A DNA stretch of 62,664 nt, the filler included, from Choristocarpus tenellus KU-1152 (lineage: Eukaryota > Protista > Phaeophyceae): assembly GCA_964200185.2 (NCBI GenBank). It is 13 parts of 13 records of this genome, joined end to end, with 100 filler letters (N's around TTAATTAATTAA, not from the genome) between each part and the next. Parts side by side here need not be neighbours in the genome. Positions count along the whole stretch, not along the records: positions 34,564 to 42,234 come from CAXNAD020005779.1; positions 42,335 to 46,489 come from CAXNAD020015939.1; positions 46,590 to 50,828 come from CAXNAD020015539.1; positions 50,929 to 54,244 come from CAXNAD020020859.1; 9 more parts are not named here. One strand, 5' to 3'. Positions 38,799-51,727 of the stretch are shown piece after piece (within the stretch, counting starts at the first letter, position 1; every line of letters begins with the position of its first letter). The notes under the pieces are model-generated. The model did no database searches. It had not been told where the DNA came from and saw only the letters and a list, made by a program, of their open reading frames with translations. The position numbers and the translations under genes were made by a program.

Positions 38799-41700
38799 GT
38801 GTGGAGGGAGTGTAAGTTATTCCACTAGTTACTGTGATACGTTCGTTTTACGATGCTCAATTTTTGTCAACAGCAATAAATATTTTTGTACTTGAAGTAT
38901 GTTTTCATCTCATTGACATTATTTCTGGTGTGTGCCGTACTTTTTTTTTATGTATACAAACAGTTTATTTTTTGATCCTTGGGAAGGTCATTGCCCAGAA
39001 TACTTCTAGGTATCCTCCCTGCACAGTAAAGAGAAAGTGTGTCAAACTCAATGGATATTTAGTACTCTAATGTATAAGCTTGCAAAACAATGTGACATTC
39101 TCGGTACATTTTCTTGCATACAAAATATATCAATGGAAGCCTGCTCCTTGGATTTGTATACGATTGAAGAATTAATGTCAGTACTTCTTCAAAAATAATT
39201 TCACATTGTGTTGACCTATGGTTGGGCCACATGCAGTCCCTGTGTGAGCACAACTAGCTGCACATAGATAAATTAACCTTTTTTGCAATACACATTGAAT
39301 ACTGATTGACACTGACGTAAATCATTGGTATTAGTACTACTGACTGTCATTTATTGATAGCAATAGCAAGTGGGTGCTCATTTTATAATAGGTGTGAATA
39401 ATTGTATCCAAGAGGCCTAAGGCCTAGGTGCTGGAGGCTGGCAATACCCAACTGGCACCAGTATGGCTTTGTATTTGCTTGTTTCCCCTAGCTGGACAAT
39501 TCAGTAGCAGAACGACATAAGGCTGTATGTGACTTAATTGGTATTGTCAAACCCTCCTCTTCCAACCAATGTTACTATCCATTTGTCATTCTTCCCCCCT
39601 TCCCCCACCTTCCCCCGCTCTCCCTCTCCGACGTGCTACATTTCTGTCGGTTGCCAATGTTTTTAACCACATATATTTATTTAACTGTGCGAATACCACC
39701 CCACCTGGGGGGTTCTCTTATTGCACTACACCCTCAGCTCTAGCAGAGTAGGTACAGGAATTGGCATCCGCGCTGCAGGAAGAGAAGGTGGGGGAAGGAG
39801 TGCACAGGCACCGTCTACCATGGTGGGCTCATGCACTCCCCGCCGCCCCCGCCCCCAATCCTCTGCCTCCCCCTTCCAATAGGGGTGGGCGGGGATTTAT
39901 GTGTCTTTGTGTGTTTGTTGTGTGTGTGTGTTTTACAATCTTGTTGGTGTGTGCATGCGCAAGGTTGTGCAGCAGTGCCTGGTGCCTATGGATGGGTAGA
40001 AAATGTGCCCGTGGTTACAAACAATAATCTGTGTTGACATGTGAGTGAGGTGCTATGAGCTCTGTGGCGGTTTTGTAATAATTGATCTAAGTTGGTCCAC
40101 TGAGTACAACAGCATAGTTATGTGAGGTGCTTTACAGCTTGTGTTGAATGGAAGTACTTACACTGTTACTTGTGTGGACTGTATCGAATACGCCACGAAT
40201 CTTTTGGGTCAATCCTTCTGAAGAGATGTGATAGACTGGAACAGTACAAAAATATTGATAGGCTTCCTGTTTGCTAATTGGTTACTGATGTGAATGGTTG
40301 TTTGTTGGATTTTTGGATGGTATCAGATACGGAGCACATACATTTTGGTAAACATTTTTGAGGATATGTGATGATAGTCAAGCATCGTAGATGAACATCA
40401 AGAGAGGGTAAGGTTTTTCGTGTGAAATTTTGAACAACAGAGTTTGTTGATGAAGTCGCCCTGGTCGGCCTACTGTAGAGACTTCAAATAGTCAGAGTAG
40501 GAGTATACTGTATCACCAGGTGGGGCAATGGTGAACAGTACACAATGTTTACAATTGGTCAGATCATGATTTATTGTTGAGGAACCAGAACAATGGTGTC
40601 GTGTGGAGAGGAGAGAGCATACTTGTGACTTGACCGTATTTCACTACTACCAAGCAAGGGGTACCACGAGACCAATGATTCAAGGGAATGCAAGGGAAGA
40701 GGTAGTCACTTCAATGAACGAGTGGAGGGAATTGGAAGGTTTCCGTTGCTGTTTACAAGGTGGACCACCAGTCAGAGATTGGAAAGGAAGGGGAACAAGT
40801 CCATGAGAAGAAGAAACGGAGCGAGATAGAAAGCTGCGCTGGCCACCACAATACTAGATCAGGGCAAAATTGAAGCACGAGAGGGAAGAAGGCATCAGTG
40901 CTTGGAACATTGAACCAGCACACTGGGAAACTGGGAGGAAGATCTTGTCTCTTGAAAAAGGGACCACCCCATATTTGTCTCCTACTGTACTGACGAGAAA
41001 TGAACCTCTGACAAGAGCCTACTGCTGAGGATCACTAAATGGAAGGGAGTAGGAATTGGGATGTGCCCTCCACCTTGCTGTCCGCGACAAGGAACCTGTA
41101 CATACTGGGCAAATGCTAAATGCAAGGGGAGGGGGGGGCACAATAGCCGAAAGAGGCAAGACAGAAAGGTGGATGGATTGTAATTTAGCAATTGCTATCC
41201 TGGACAGGGTCGGAGTAAAGCATGCTTGCCCACTCCCTTGACTGCATGAAGAGATGTATGTTGCTAGGATACCTCTACGTGAAAGCGTGTCACAATCAAT
41301 TCAAAGGTCGGTCATCATCAGGTTCACTGCCATAATATCTGCTCTATCCATAAAAGGTGAGAAGGGTTTGTTTGCAGTTTTTGTTGGAAATTGCAATATC
41401 TGCTCCTTCCTGAAGCAGCATTTCCCTGTAGTTACTGTGTGCAGCATCCCATTCAAGTCGAGAGTCATGAGATGCATGTATATTATGTTACATATGCCCT
41501 TGTGAAACTAACCAGGACCCTTGGCTATGTTCAAAATACTTTTTGAGATGCAATCTCTTGATAAGCTCTTGGCCATCAATACTTGTAAATTTCTGATTGC
41601 AGATTCCACTTCTACACCAATGGAACCAAATTCCTTCCAAAATTAACCAAGTTTTGGTGACGATTTTCTCAATGCCAGAGGCATTTTTTTGGTGGCCGTG

Positions 41701-42599
41701 TGGACCCTCGCAGGGAAGTTGCCCAATGATAGCATGTTTCGAAAATATTGTGTATCTTGATACGGCTTGTAGTGTCATCAACGCTTACATTTAATTCCGT
41801 ACCAATAGATTATATTTCAGTGTACTCCTGTACATACAAATGTTGTATGCTGCTTTCCTCTCAGGGATACCTTGTAGACAGTATCCACCACTTATGTTAT
41901 CGTTATATATCAAGACTCCATAGTTGCAGTCGACGTAGTCATTATTCTTCTACAGTAACCCCTCCCAGACACCTTAGCCCGAAAGTCGTGGCACTATAGT
42001 TCTCGAGCCTACACGAAATAGTGTAGAGCGGAAAGCTTCATCAATCAAGATCCAAATTTTCTTGTTCCTCCTCAATCATTCCTGGATCTGATAAGTTGAG
42101 TAATCTTCGCAGCCATGAGCGTGTTTTATGGAGATCTTGAGACCCCCTGATAGAACTGTAACAAGGGGTATGTATTACGTCAAACGTAGCAGTGGGTCAA
42201 AGTATCTTGGGAGGGGGGGTGGTTTGTGAGGGGGNNNNNNNNNNNNNNNNNNNNNNNNNNNNNNNNNNNNNNNNNNNNTTAATTAATTAANNNNNNNNNN
42301 NNNNNNNNNNNNNNNNNNNNNNNNNNNNNNNNNNCAGTGTGCACAGCTATACGTCAAAGTGAGCTGCCAAGAAGTTTGAGAGCAATACTCTATTGACTAC
42401 CTCAAGGCTTTTCCCCAAAGGGTTGCAAGACCCAAAAGAGGATGCTAGTGTTAAGGGATCCCAGCATTGGAATGCAGCAGGAAGGGAATCCTGACTGAAA
42501 AAGGCGTCGATGCCAACAGAACCCTATGAGGGTGCTCGTGAGGTGATTCCCACAAAAAAAAAGCCTCCTGGCTACTCAGGTGGGCATCACAAAATCCGC

Positions 42600-43152
42600 T
42601 CAGCATGATAAACATGGAGAAGCTTGGCTCTAGGGTATGCTCTAGGACATGCCCTATCTGCCCCAAGCCGTTGCCTACAGATGAGAGCAAGTTACTGATG
42701 GCGAGGTGTGCGAGCAGCCGGGTCACTGAGGGATCTGGACGCTTGAAGAACTTTCCACTACTGGCTCAAATTATCTGTGGGGGGGAGGGAGGGGGGGGGT
42801 GGCGACAGTCCATTCGGGGCCTGTTTTTCCATGTCACAATTTTTGTGTGATTCAGTTGCATGCGTTGGATGGATAACATAAGTGCACTTCTCCTGCTAAG
42901 GGCCAGAATGGACACCTTGGTGTAGACCCCCCCTCCCCCCCCCCGCAGATACATTGTTGAGCCTACTTCGAAGACTCCATGCATGTCGATGAGAAGTGGT
43001 TTTCAACTGCATGGAAGGCGAGCCTCCTACCACTAGGGTGCAGCACAAGGGCCACATGAACAAGGTGTTTCTTGCGGCTATCGCTTGCCCTAACCCTAAC
43101 GTTTGACGCCACCACCACCGCCAACGGAAAATTCTGACGGGAAGCTTGGTTA
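42600..43152 (+). mobile_element. Tc1/mariner transposase remnant (plant/oomycete-like), interrupted by a MITE
   Basis: Frameshifted motifs in the expected order: KPLPTDESK, MHVDEKWF, RVQHKGHMNKVFLAAIACP, DGKLG (compare KP.LT..NK, HIDEKWF, KVMFL.AVARP, FDGKIG). Confidence 0.75.
42763..42963 (-). mobile_element. MITE family B copy with 4-bp TSD TACT
   Basis: GGCTCAAATTATCTG(G)n...(C)nGCAGATACATTGTTGAGCC, flanked by TACT on both sides. It is the reverse-orientation homolog of the 52190 element. Confidence 0.8.
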
Positions 43153-44182
43153 AGTTTCTGATTGCTGAAAGATTCTCATGTGTATTCTTGTTCACTTGAC
43201 CTACAGAGTACTCCAAAGTATTACCATATCTGTATCCTTTCTTCAGTCAAGACAACGCCTGGACACCTTGAATGTGTACACTACTGAGTGTTGGCCCAAA
43301 CCTCTACTACTTTCTGTCCAGGTTGTGACTATATATATTTGTACTTGGAGTGGCAGTCACAAAGACCTCTACTGAGTGGCAAATGAGAAGGACTAAGTTT
43401 TGTGACTAGGTTTTGCGATGAGGTTTTGTGTGAGTCACTTATCATCTGTCAATACGCATGCAGCAGTGGTACAAGCTCTGCCATGACCTATGGATTACAT
43501 TCAACAAAAATTGGGAGCACTTGTGCTGTTGGTATACGATGGGTTATCTAGGACGATGTTCTTAGCCATTTGGCGTACGACAAGCTTCCATCTGACATCC
43601 GTTGCCAGGACAACACTCCTGCCCATTTGCTACATGATGACGTACATGATTCGGACAATGCTTTGTCGTGCATAACGCGAAGAGGTTACATTGTGCAGGT
43701 GCTACGTTGTCCGAGGTGCGCACATGTTCAGTCACATGCTTATGCTTGTCTTATCTCCTACAATAGCAGGCATACCATTGCGCAGTATCAATCATCAATC
43801 CTAACCCCTACCCTAACCAAAAGTATACTAATATGAACTATTTCAAAACTAAAATGGAAGAGAGGAAATGTGTGTACGTGGTAGTGCAAACCTGTGTTTG
43901 CGGGTTGCTTCCTCAGCACCATACTGAGGAGACAGACAGGGATATAAAGGTCAATACAGGCAAAAGAGATGGCGGACAAGAATACTAATTTAAGTAACAC
44001 TCTATTACACCATTCATAGTTTTACTATACTTTCAAGGGAATTCGGCAGCGTTTCGGTCGTCACTCAGGCCACATCATATTTGCTGATCCACCTAACAAG
44101 ATATTGGACTCTCGAAACATGAACTCAGTGCCAAACATGCACGGACGACAGCTTTAGGTTTAGGTTCAGATATATCCCTTAC

Positions 44183-44650
44183 TTGGCCGCCTTCTGAATA
44201 AGTGTTGTGGATCTCATTTGAGTGCCATTGAACGCGGCGTCGGGCATGAAGCCCCACCACATCCCGCTCCGCTTTTGCTCATACTCCTTATCCGTTGCTA
44301 GGCGTTCAAGGTCCCCAAACCAAAAATTGATCACCTTAGAAGAGAGAGCGCGTACCAGATAGCGGGTTATATAGTGATAACGGAAGTATCAAGCGTAGGG
44401 TTGACCCAAGCATTGTGATTGGAAGGGATTCAAATATCTCGTCCACACACTATTGGCCTGTGCTGATTGCGTTAATCGACCTTACTCGGTATCTAGGAGA
44501 GAGGTCCAACTCACATCTGTTGGGGTGCTCAGATTAGCAACACTTCCAGTTTCATTGCTGTCAGACATGCTTCCGAATGCTCTAGACGCGATTCTTGTTT
44601 GACAGAAGCTCGCTCCAAGCGATGTTCTGCTTCCCAGCAAGAGGTGGTAT
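44183..44650 (-). CDS. DUF924-like protein, N-terminal exons (to 44515 and 44334-44183)
   Basis: ...LSTPTD / VINFWFGDLERLATDKEYEQKRSGMWWGFMPDAAF...LIQKAA. The V..FWF...W pattern is typical of the DUF924 N-terminus and the join is phase 0. Downstream exons were not found. Confidence 0.5.
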
Positions 44651-45699
44651 CTGAAATTCAATACGATGGAGTGAGTGCACTGATTGGGGAGTTGAAGTCC
44701 TCTGATAATATTCAATTGTCCTTGATGCCGTATCTTTGGACTGACCTATATGGAACCTTGGATGCAGGGGATAGGCTGAGGAGGAAGCCTGATGTCTTAG
44801 GGATGTTGGCAGCCAAGACTGAGATTTGGAAAAACTTCCTTGACATAGCCATTGCGGTGTTTTTTAAATGTTGGACAAACTGGATTGTCCGACCTCTACT
44901 ACTTTATATATATCTTGATATATTCATATTCAATCTATACAATAGTACAAATACCAGTTTGAGCCATGGTGAAATATGGCGTGTCAGGTAGAAACGTTTT
45001 TTCTCATCTCAAATTCTGGGTAAATTAGTTACGCTTTGTTGCCCTGATTTACGCCACTCCAGTCAACAACGTAGATGAAACCAGTCATTCCATCACCAAC
45101 CATCGTTACAACTTCATGGTTGATAGGAAGTATGAAACAGTCGACATCGATCAAACATACATGGTATGTGTCACACGAGTTGTCTTACATATTGATTCCA
45201 GTTTGTTTCTTATCTTCGGAACAGAACAATTAACTCTCACATATTGCTTCTTCTTTTTTCCTTGGTCGGACTAGCCCCCACTTAGACATCGACCTCGCTC
45301 AGCGCTAAGTGTACCTGACACAGAACTGGATGCCATATATTCAGAGTTAACACCCACAAAACCCTACTTCGTAAGGTGGCAAGCCCCTACACAGAGCATG
45401 AATCTCTTCCTTTGAATGTACCAAGGAATACCCAACATCAATATACCAAGTAACCTCTGGCTGTGCAAAGCATATCACTAGGTTCACCAGCACGAATTCA
45501 CAGGTGCTTCATTGCACTATGAGACAGGCCCCTTATCCACAACCTACCTGTCACCGTACAAAACAACACTTCATTCAATCCCAGGTTCCAACAGCTTCAT
45601 CTCTGCATCTCTCAAATTGAGGGGAAAGGGTCTGCATCGTCGCATCTGTGGCCCACCTTCAGCAAGGAGAAGACCTTGCGACCTTGAGCGAGGGCATTT

Positions 45700-46025
45700 A
45701 GTGATGTTTGCATCGATGGTCTGCACTCCAGATCATGGCTTCAGGGTCTCTCTTTGTACCGCCTTTGAGACTGTGTAAGAGAGTGCAGGTCGCCTTACTG
45801 ACTGCATGGGTTCACATCAATAACCTGCACTTGTGATCACGGCTTCAGGGTCTCTCTTTACTACCTTGAGGCTGTGTAGTAGAGTGCAGGTCGCCATACA
45901 GGCCGCATCAATGTACTGCGCTCGAGTGCATGGTTTCAGGGTCTCTCCTTACGACCTTGAGGCTATGCAAGAGTGTGGGTCGCACCAATGACCTGTGCCC
46001 CAGACCATAACCCTAGAGTCTCCCT
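45700..46025. repeat. Degenerate tandem repeat (~90-105-bp units x3-4)
   Basis: ca(t/c)gg(c/t)ttcagggtctctc...ttgag.ct.tg..agagtg recurs at about 45733, 45838 and 45929, with a partial copy near 46007. Confidence 0.7.
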
Positions 46026-46591
46026 CTAATGAGAGGGGAACACACCCGAGATTATGCTTGGAGGTGCTGGCAGCATTAATTTGTGTGTTCCGTGTGTCTT
46101 GATTTTCTGTAGAGTAGGTTCCACCTTATTCGTATACTCATTCTTGTCATCCATTGGTACTCTCACTGTTTGTTTACTTCTCCTGTGTTGCAATCACCAT
46201 TTCCAGGTACAGAAATATCTCAAGCACAGGGGGCTAGGGGAACACAAGGTGTGCTTTGTCTGTAACCCACAGGTACCCCCGTCAAGGTGTGGCACGAAGA
46301 GAAAGGGACTTGTTACTCGGGCTGAGTACCTCGAGGGAGAGGCAAAATGAGACCAGGAAAAGTAAGATATTTCCAGTCTTCGGGAACAACAGCAAACAAG
46401 GGCACACTGGAGTTGTCAACAAGGGGGGGGGGGGGATTGTTACATCTAGATAAGTGGGCCCCAAGACCCGACAGGATTTGATTACAAGGNNNNNNNNNNN
46501 NNNNNNNNNNNNNNNNNNNNNNNNNNNNNNNNNTTAATTAATTAANNNNNNNNNNNNNNNNNNNNNNNNNNNNNNNNNNNNNNNNNNNNAT

Positions 46592-46706
46592 GCAAAACGC
46601 CTCTTGGTCATGCAACAATCAGGAACAAACAAAAACACACGCAAAACGCCTCTTGGTCACGCGACGATCAGGAACAAACAAAAACACACGCAAAACACCT
46701 CTTGGT
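46592..46706. repeat. ~50-bp tandem repeat x2.3
   Basis: gcaaaacgcctcttggtca.gc.ac.atcaggaacaaacaaaaacacac is repeated. Confidence 0.8.
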
Positions 46707-47289
46707 GTGCACCGATTGACAATCATCATCCAGTAACACCTTTGATTCTGGCGTACCAACAGCACAAAACCACTCGACTCAAGTCGTTGAGACTCACACT
46801 CCCATCTACAAGCGCAAAAATAAAATAAAAAAAATACAGGGGTCTCTACCACCAGTTTGCTTTTTTTTCTTTTCTTTTTTTTTTGCCACAGGAGGGGGGG
46901 AAAAAGATCAGAGTGCCTGCGAGTGCCCGCTTACTTGCCTGCGCCCGGTGACCTTCCAATGCCACAACCTGCGATCCATCCAGGAGGCCAAACCTTTTCC
47001 CATGGGCCATGAGCCTGCTTCTGTCCATCCCTACCGAGAGCGAACTGCTTCTCGAGTGATACTTGGGAGGCGCCAGCGGAGACGAACTCTGTGTGCAACC
47101 CCCCAACCCCCCAACCCCCCAAGAAAGCACAATCCTGCAGTGAGCTTCCCCTTCGAGGTTTTTACAACAATTCGAGAAGTCATGCCGATCGATATTATTG
47201 GAGATCAAAACAACAACAACAACAACAACAACAAAAACGCCTGCCTAAGGGAGGCCTGCTCTAAACGCATGTACAAAGGCAATCTATCT

Positions 47290-47687
47290 ATAACCCTAAC
47301 CCTAATCCTAACCCTAACCCTAACCCTAGCAAAAAAAATCGGAAGGGAACTAGGATGAACAATAGCACGAAGACTTTTACCTTCTTTTTTTTAATCACTT
47401 TATTGGGGTCGACTCCTATTTTCATGGGAAAAGGGAGGAGGATATAGGCGGGGGGTTCCAAATTGAACACGTAAGTCGGCTAACCCTAACCCTAAGTCGG
47501 CTTCGTAACATGTCGGGAGACAGCCCTAACCCTAACCCTAACCCTGTCAGGACATATTATTGGTACCAGGCCAGCTCACACCCCGGACGTGGTGAAACAG
47601 TGCTACAAGCTAAGATTAACTAATTTTTGTGATGCTGGCCCTAACCCTAACCCTAACCCTAACCCTAACCCTAACCCTAACCCTAAC
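47290..47687. repeat. Interstitial telomere-like (CCCTAA)n clusters
   Basis: Arrays at about 47292-47327, 47480-47494, 47524-47545 and 47638-47687 (8 copies). An opposite-orientation (TTAGGG)n array is at 48645-48665, and shorter ones lie at about 5620, 6246 and 9281. Confidence 0.85.
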
Positions 47688-47867
47688 GACAACTATCGCC
47701 CAAAGACTTTGAAGTAGATGCATATACTCACATTTCGTTGGCCAGTATAGTGGAATACTAAGGGAATTTGATCGTGGTAAAGTGAGAGCTTTTTAAAAAA
47801 AAAAAATCTTTAATGCAGCAGTGGGGGGGGGGGCATTTCGACCTGAGGACCATTTCCCCTAACTAGG

Positions 47868-48282
47868 TCAGTCTAATAGTACTAAAATTGCTAACAAATC
47901 AGCCAATAAAAATAGTGCAATAAATAAAGCAGTACAACTAAAACCGCAAACAGCAGTTCTCAAAACTAGGTAAACTTCTATATCAAGCATCATAACGACA
48001 AACAAGAACAGTACTGCCATAGCACTGACATAAGTAATGATCGACATCATCGCTAATAAAGACCCTGCTCCTATCAAAACCATAAGCCCTGCAATATTAC
48101 AAAAAATAAATATTAACCAAAGCACTGAATATACCGGTACCAATATTCACTGAATATACCGGTACCAATATTCACTGAATATACCGGTACCAATATTCAC
48201 TGAATATACCGGTACCAATATTCACTGAATATATCGGTACCAATATTCACTGAATATATCGGATTACGGCTGGTAATTACGC
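47868..48282 (-). pseudogene. nad6: Mitochondrial nad6 fragment (NUMT) interrupted by a tandem repeat
   Basis: GVITSRNPIYSV [repeat] [53 protein letters not shown] matches the nad6 N-terminus ([28 protein letters not shown]). It is AT-rich, has no introns and is truncated. Confidence 0.85.
48123..48262. repeat. 25-bp palindromic tandem repeat x5.6
   Basis: Unit CACTGAATATACCGGTACCAATATT at 48123, 48148, 48173, 48198 and 48223 (one C>T), with a partial copy at 48248. Confidence 0.95.
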
Positions 48283-48389
48283 CGCAATCAACCCGGTACC
48301 AATATACAAAACATATTCGAAGGCAGTAAACACAGTCAGTCAACTTACAGCCCAAAAAAAAATATTTTCGGGCCATTCAATAACCTTGT

Positions 48390-50750
48390 CTCACCTCTGG
48401 TAGAGCAGTGAGCAGCAATCTCGGTGAGTACCCCTGTACCAGGACCACCTCCCCTCCCTGTCCAGGGACAAACGATGCTTGCGACCATGGATGGTCTATT
48501 CGCCGAGGGAGAGTTGGCTCCCGCGAAGGCAGTGCCCCTGGCCCTCCCTCTGCCGTGTTCCGCGTGATGATGGGGATTGTGTTGAAGTATATGGAGTACT
48601 TCCTGCACTCCTCGGTTGGGTCTGTACATGGAATAGGGAGGGGGCTAGGGTTAGGGTTAGGGTTAACGAGTGGCAAAAGGCAGGAGTGAATAGAGTTGAG
48701 TTTAAGTTCATATCTTTCTCTACCTGCTCCTTGGAGATATACTAAGCTCTCTCACTAATCGCAGGCATTGAATATTCCTGAAATGCATACTCTAGAGACA
48801 TCTCTACGAGAAGCTTCGCAGTTGCCAGTATCCTGTTCCATATCTAACCCTGAACCTTATCCCAACCCCTCTAGCCGTATGAGGCCTACGATAAGCAGGA
48901 CCATACAGGAAGAAAACAAAAATACAACACACTTTTCCCGTGTTTTCATTTCCATTATCTGGTTGTACAACCAAGTTCCAATTCCGGGAAATCATTACCC
49001 AAATAAGTCAGTCCTGTTTGTGTTCGATACATCAGCGACGCCAACCGAAGCAGCACGCACCCCACCAGAATTCAAAGTTGCGAGGGCAAAACACTCCATA
49101 CATAGCCAAGGAGCTCGGTCTGTATATACAGTGGTTGGTATGGGGGATAGAGCTTTCCAAGTGATCTTACAGCTAACTGCATTATAAAATCGATCAGGGG
49201 TTCGATGTGGCGGGGAGACTCAGTGATGACATTGGCGCAGGCTATCCTCAGCCTTCGTCGACTAGAGGAAATACAAGGATTACTCACCATTTGGATTGAA
49301 CACAGTAAACGACCCATCTGTGCTGCACAGCCCAAACGTCTCGAGAGAAGAAGGGTTCCAGCAACAGACAGTCACTTCGCCTGGTAAATCACATCTGGGA
49401 GGTATTGTGTTCGATATTAGGTCAAGACATTCAAGGTACCTTACAAAGGGGTTACAGCTTGAGTTGTGTGCAAACATGGCTATTCGCGTTCCACTACTGA
49501 GATCACGAGTAACGGCAGCGGTGTTGGTATTTTTGGTGGCCACGCTGAACCGTAGGCATAGGAAAAAGAGAACTGACTCGATGGCCTGTGAGGTGGGGGT
49601 TTGCCAGGAGTGTTATTGTACAATTATACTGTCCTCACCCAGACGCTTCTCTGCACAAACGAAGCCCTGTTTCTTCCGCATCATGATAGAGTACATCTTC
49701 ACTTTCTCTGTTTCTCATTTCCACAAGACTTTGAAAGGTAGTGACTTACCCCTGCAGGGCTCCAACCCTGTTCTGACTCTTTGTAAACCTCCAGGTTTCC
49801 ATGTCTACAAGTTCAAAATTTCAAACATTCGTAAAATTGGGGACAGTTGTGTCCAGATTTTTTATCCTATAGTGATCCCATTAATAGGTTCGCCCGCTGG
49901 GGTTGTCCCGTCATAACTCTTGATGTAAATATCGGATAAAAAAAATAAAAGCATATTCGTGATGCCCGTCACAAGGCCTTCCAGAGCACGGGCTTCATGG
50001 AGTTTTTTCCCCATTTTTTTCTATTTTCGAAGAAAGAGCGCTCGATTTGCGGGTTCGAACCCTGGATTGTAGGTCACCAAGAGTGGCAACAGATGCACTA
50101 AAGCCTCCCCACTCTTTCTTCCCGTGTGTTCGCGCATCCACTCTTTGACTTCGGGAAGGGTGTCCTCGTCGACGCCCAGAACGAAACGCCTCTTGTAGCA
50201 CCCTTGCACTGACGTCTTGACGTGGCACTTAGTTATGAAGTCTCTCTCCCATTTACTCACAGTATATCCAGCTGCCATCTCGAGCGCTGTTTGACAGTCT
50301 TTTTTCTTGTTGTTCATACACACGTAAAGGATTCGCAGTTTTAGAACCATTACTGTCACATTTCCTCGTTGAGCGCCGGAAATGGGCGTCATCCGTGTTT
50401 CCTGGGCAGGTGATATTTTATCATCAAGGCGCAAGGGCGAGGGAGGACAGGCTTGAGTTGATCAAAAATTGTGTTGATTTCTCGAATTAATGCAGGCTGG
50501 GAGAAAGTCTTTATCAACTTTATACGTTCAAACCTAACTCCAGGAACAAAGGTAAATGTACGGGATCTTGCAACAAGTGTGGGAGACACCAAATCATCGG
50601 TGTGCAAATAGTCTCTATCTCACCTCCTCTTCTTCCCTGGCGTCCATGTCGGTGGCTACCTCCACCTGCTTTGTCACCTCTTCTAAGTAAGAATTTGGTG
50701 GTATCGAAACTCTCCACAGCTGCCTTTGTTATGATCGCCTTCTCCTCCAC
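48390..50750 (-). CDS. Putative multi-exon WD40-like gene with short introns (exon structure uncertain)
   Basis: AG/GT-bounded pieces VATKNTNTAAVTRDLSSGTRIAMFAH (about 49543-49445) and GEVTVCCWNPSSLETFGLCSTDGSFTVFNPN (about 49381-49288) resemble WD40 blades. Further candidate exons lie at about 49243-49178, 49804-49750 and 48625-48394. Confidence 0.4.
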
Positions 50751-51488
50751 CTTGCAAGCCCTTTGGGTTAAAGTATTTGGGGGGGGGGGGGGGGGGGGGG
50801 GGGGGGTGTTTTTTCCACCTTTTTTTTTNNNNNNNNNNNNNNNNNNNNNNNNNNNNNNNNNNNNNNNNNNNNTTAATTAATTAANNNNNNNNNNNNNNNN
50901 NNNNNNNNNNNNNNNNNNNNNNNNNNNNAAACTAACCTGACTTCGGGGAGTAGGGATAGGAGGGGATGAGGGGCTTGGAAAGGCGGGAGAGGGGGGGGTG
51001 GGGTGAGGTTGGTGAGGGGAGTAAGGAGTTGGTTTCCAGCAAAGTCAACAGCGAAACTCGAGATCTCAGTGTCTTCCCTGTCCTGACTAGCAATCGAATC
51101 TGTGGAGTAAGAGTCAAACTTAGAGTGAACGATAGGGTACAAGTATGTCTTGGAAATCAAGGTATCCATTAGTCGACACCTCTTTTGAAACAGAGGACAA
51201 CAAATTACAGCTTTATATAGTTGAAAGATTTGTGAGTAAACTTTTATTTTAGTTTCTCGATGCATAGTAACATTTCAATGTGGAATATTCGTGGGAAGAG
51301 CATTAAATACAATCACCACTGTCAAGCACAAAGGTGAGGGGCAGTGAGTGCACAACACCAAATAATAGTACAATTCAGGATGATAACTTCCATTCTGTAG
51401 TACTTTGTGATGGCTCGGGAAAGCCTGCCCAACAGAACTTACAACTATTTCATGCGTGGTAATGGAGGAGTTCTGTCTTTGTTGTTCT

Positions 51489-51727
51489 GAGTGAAAGTAT
51501 CTTAGAGGGCACGAGTTTTGCTCTGTTTGTTAGGGTTAGCTTGGCTTCCCACGGGCTTTTAGTGACATTTTACCTACTCCAAAATGCGTATGCTATGAAA
51601 AGGTGTGTCCGGAACAAGGATATTGTCATCTCCTAACAAACATGATAGCTAAAATTTCATCAAAGTTGCAACATTGGATTTTGGCCCCCAAATGAACGCG
51701 GCTCTACCCTCGAAGATACTTTGGCTC
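51489..51727 (+). mobile_element. MITE family A copy
   Basis: GAGTGAAAGTATCTTAGAGGG...CCCTCGAAGATACTTTGGCTC, with internal sequence homologous to the 8533 copy. Confidence 0.85.

Noticed and set aside
41260-41800. Possible non-LTR retrotransposon RT remnant on the minus strand (LHLKKYFEH, similar to LDL.KAFD)
   Set aside because: Too degenerate to support by eye; it needs a translated profile search.
47638-47687. True chromosome end
   Set aside because: Only 8 repeat units with unique sequence on both sides, so it is interstitial.
48123-48262. Palindromic 25-bp repeats resembling a CRISPR array
   Set aside because: The units are directly adjacent with no spacers, there are no cas genes, the context is eukaryotic, and the unit derives from nad6 sequence.
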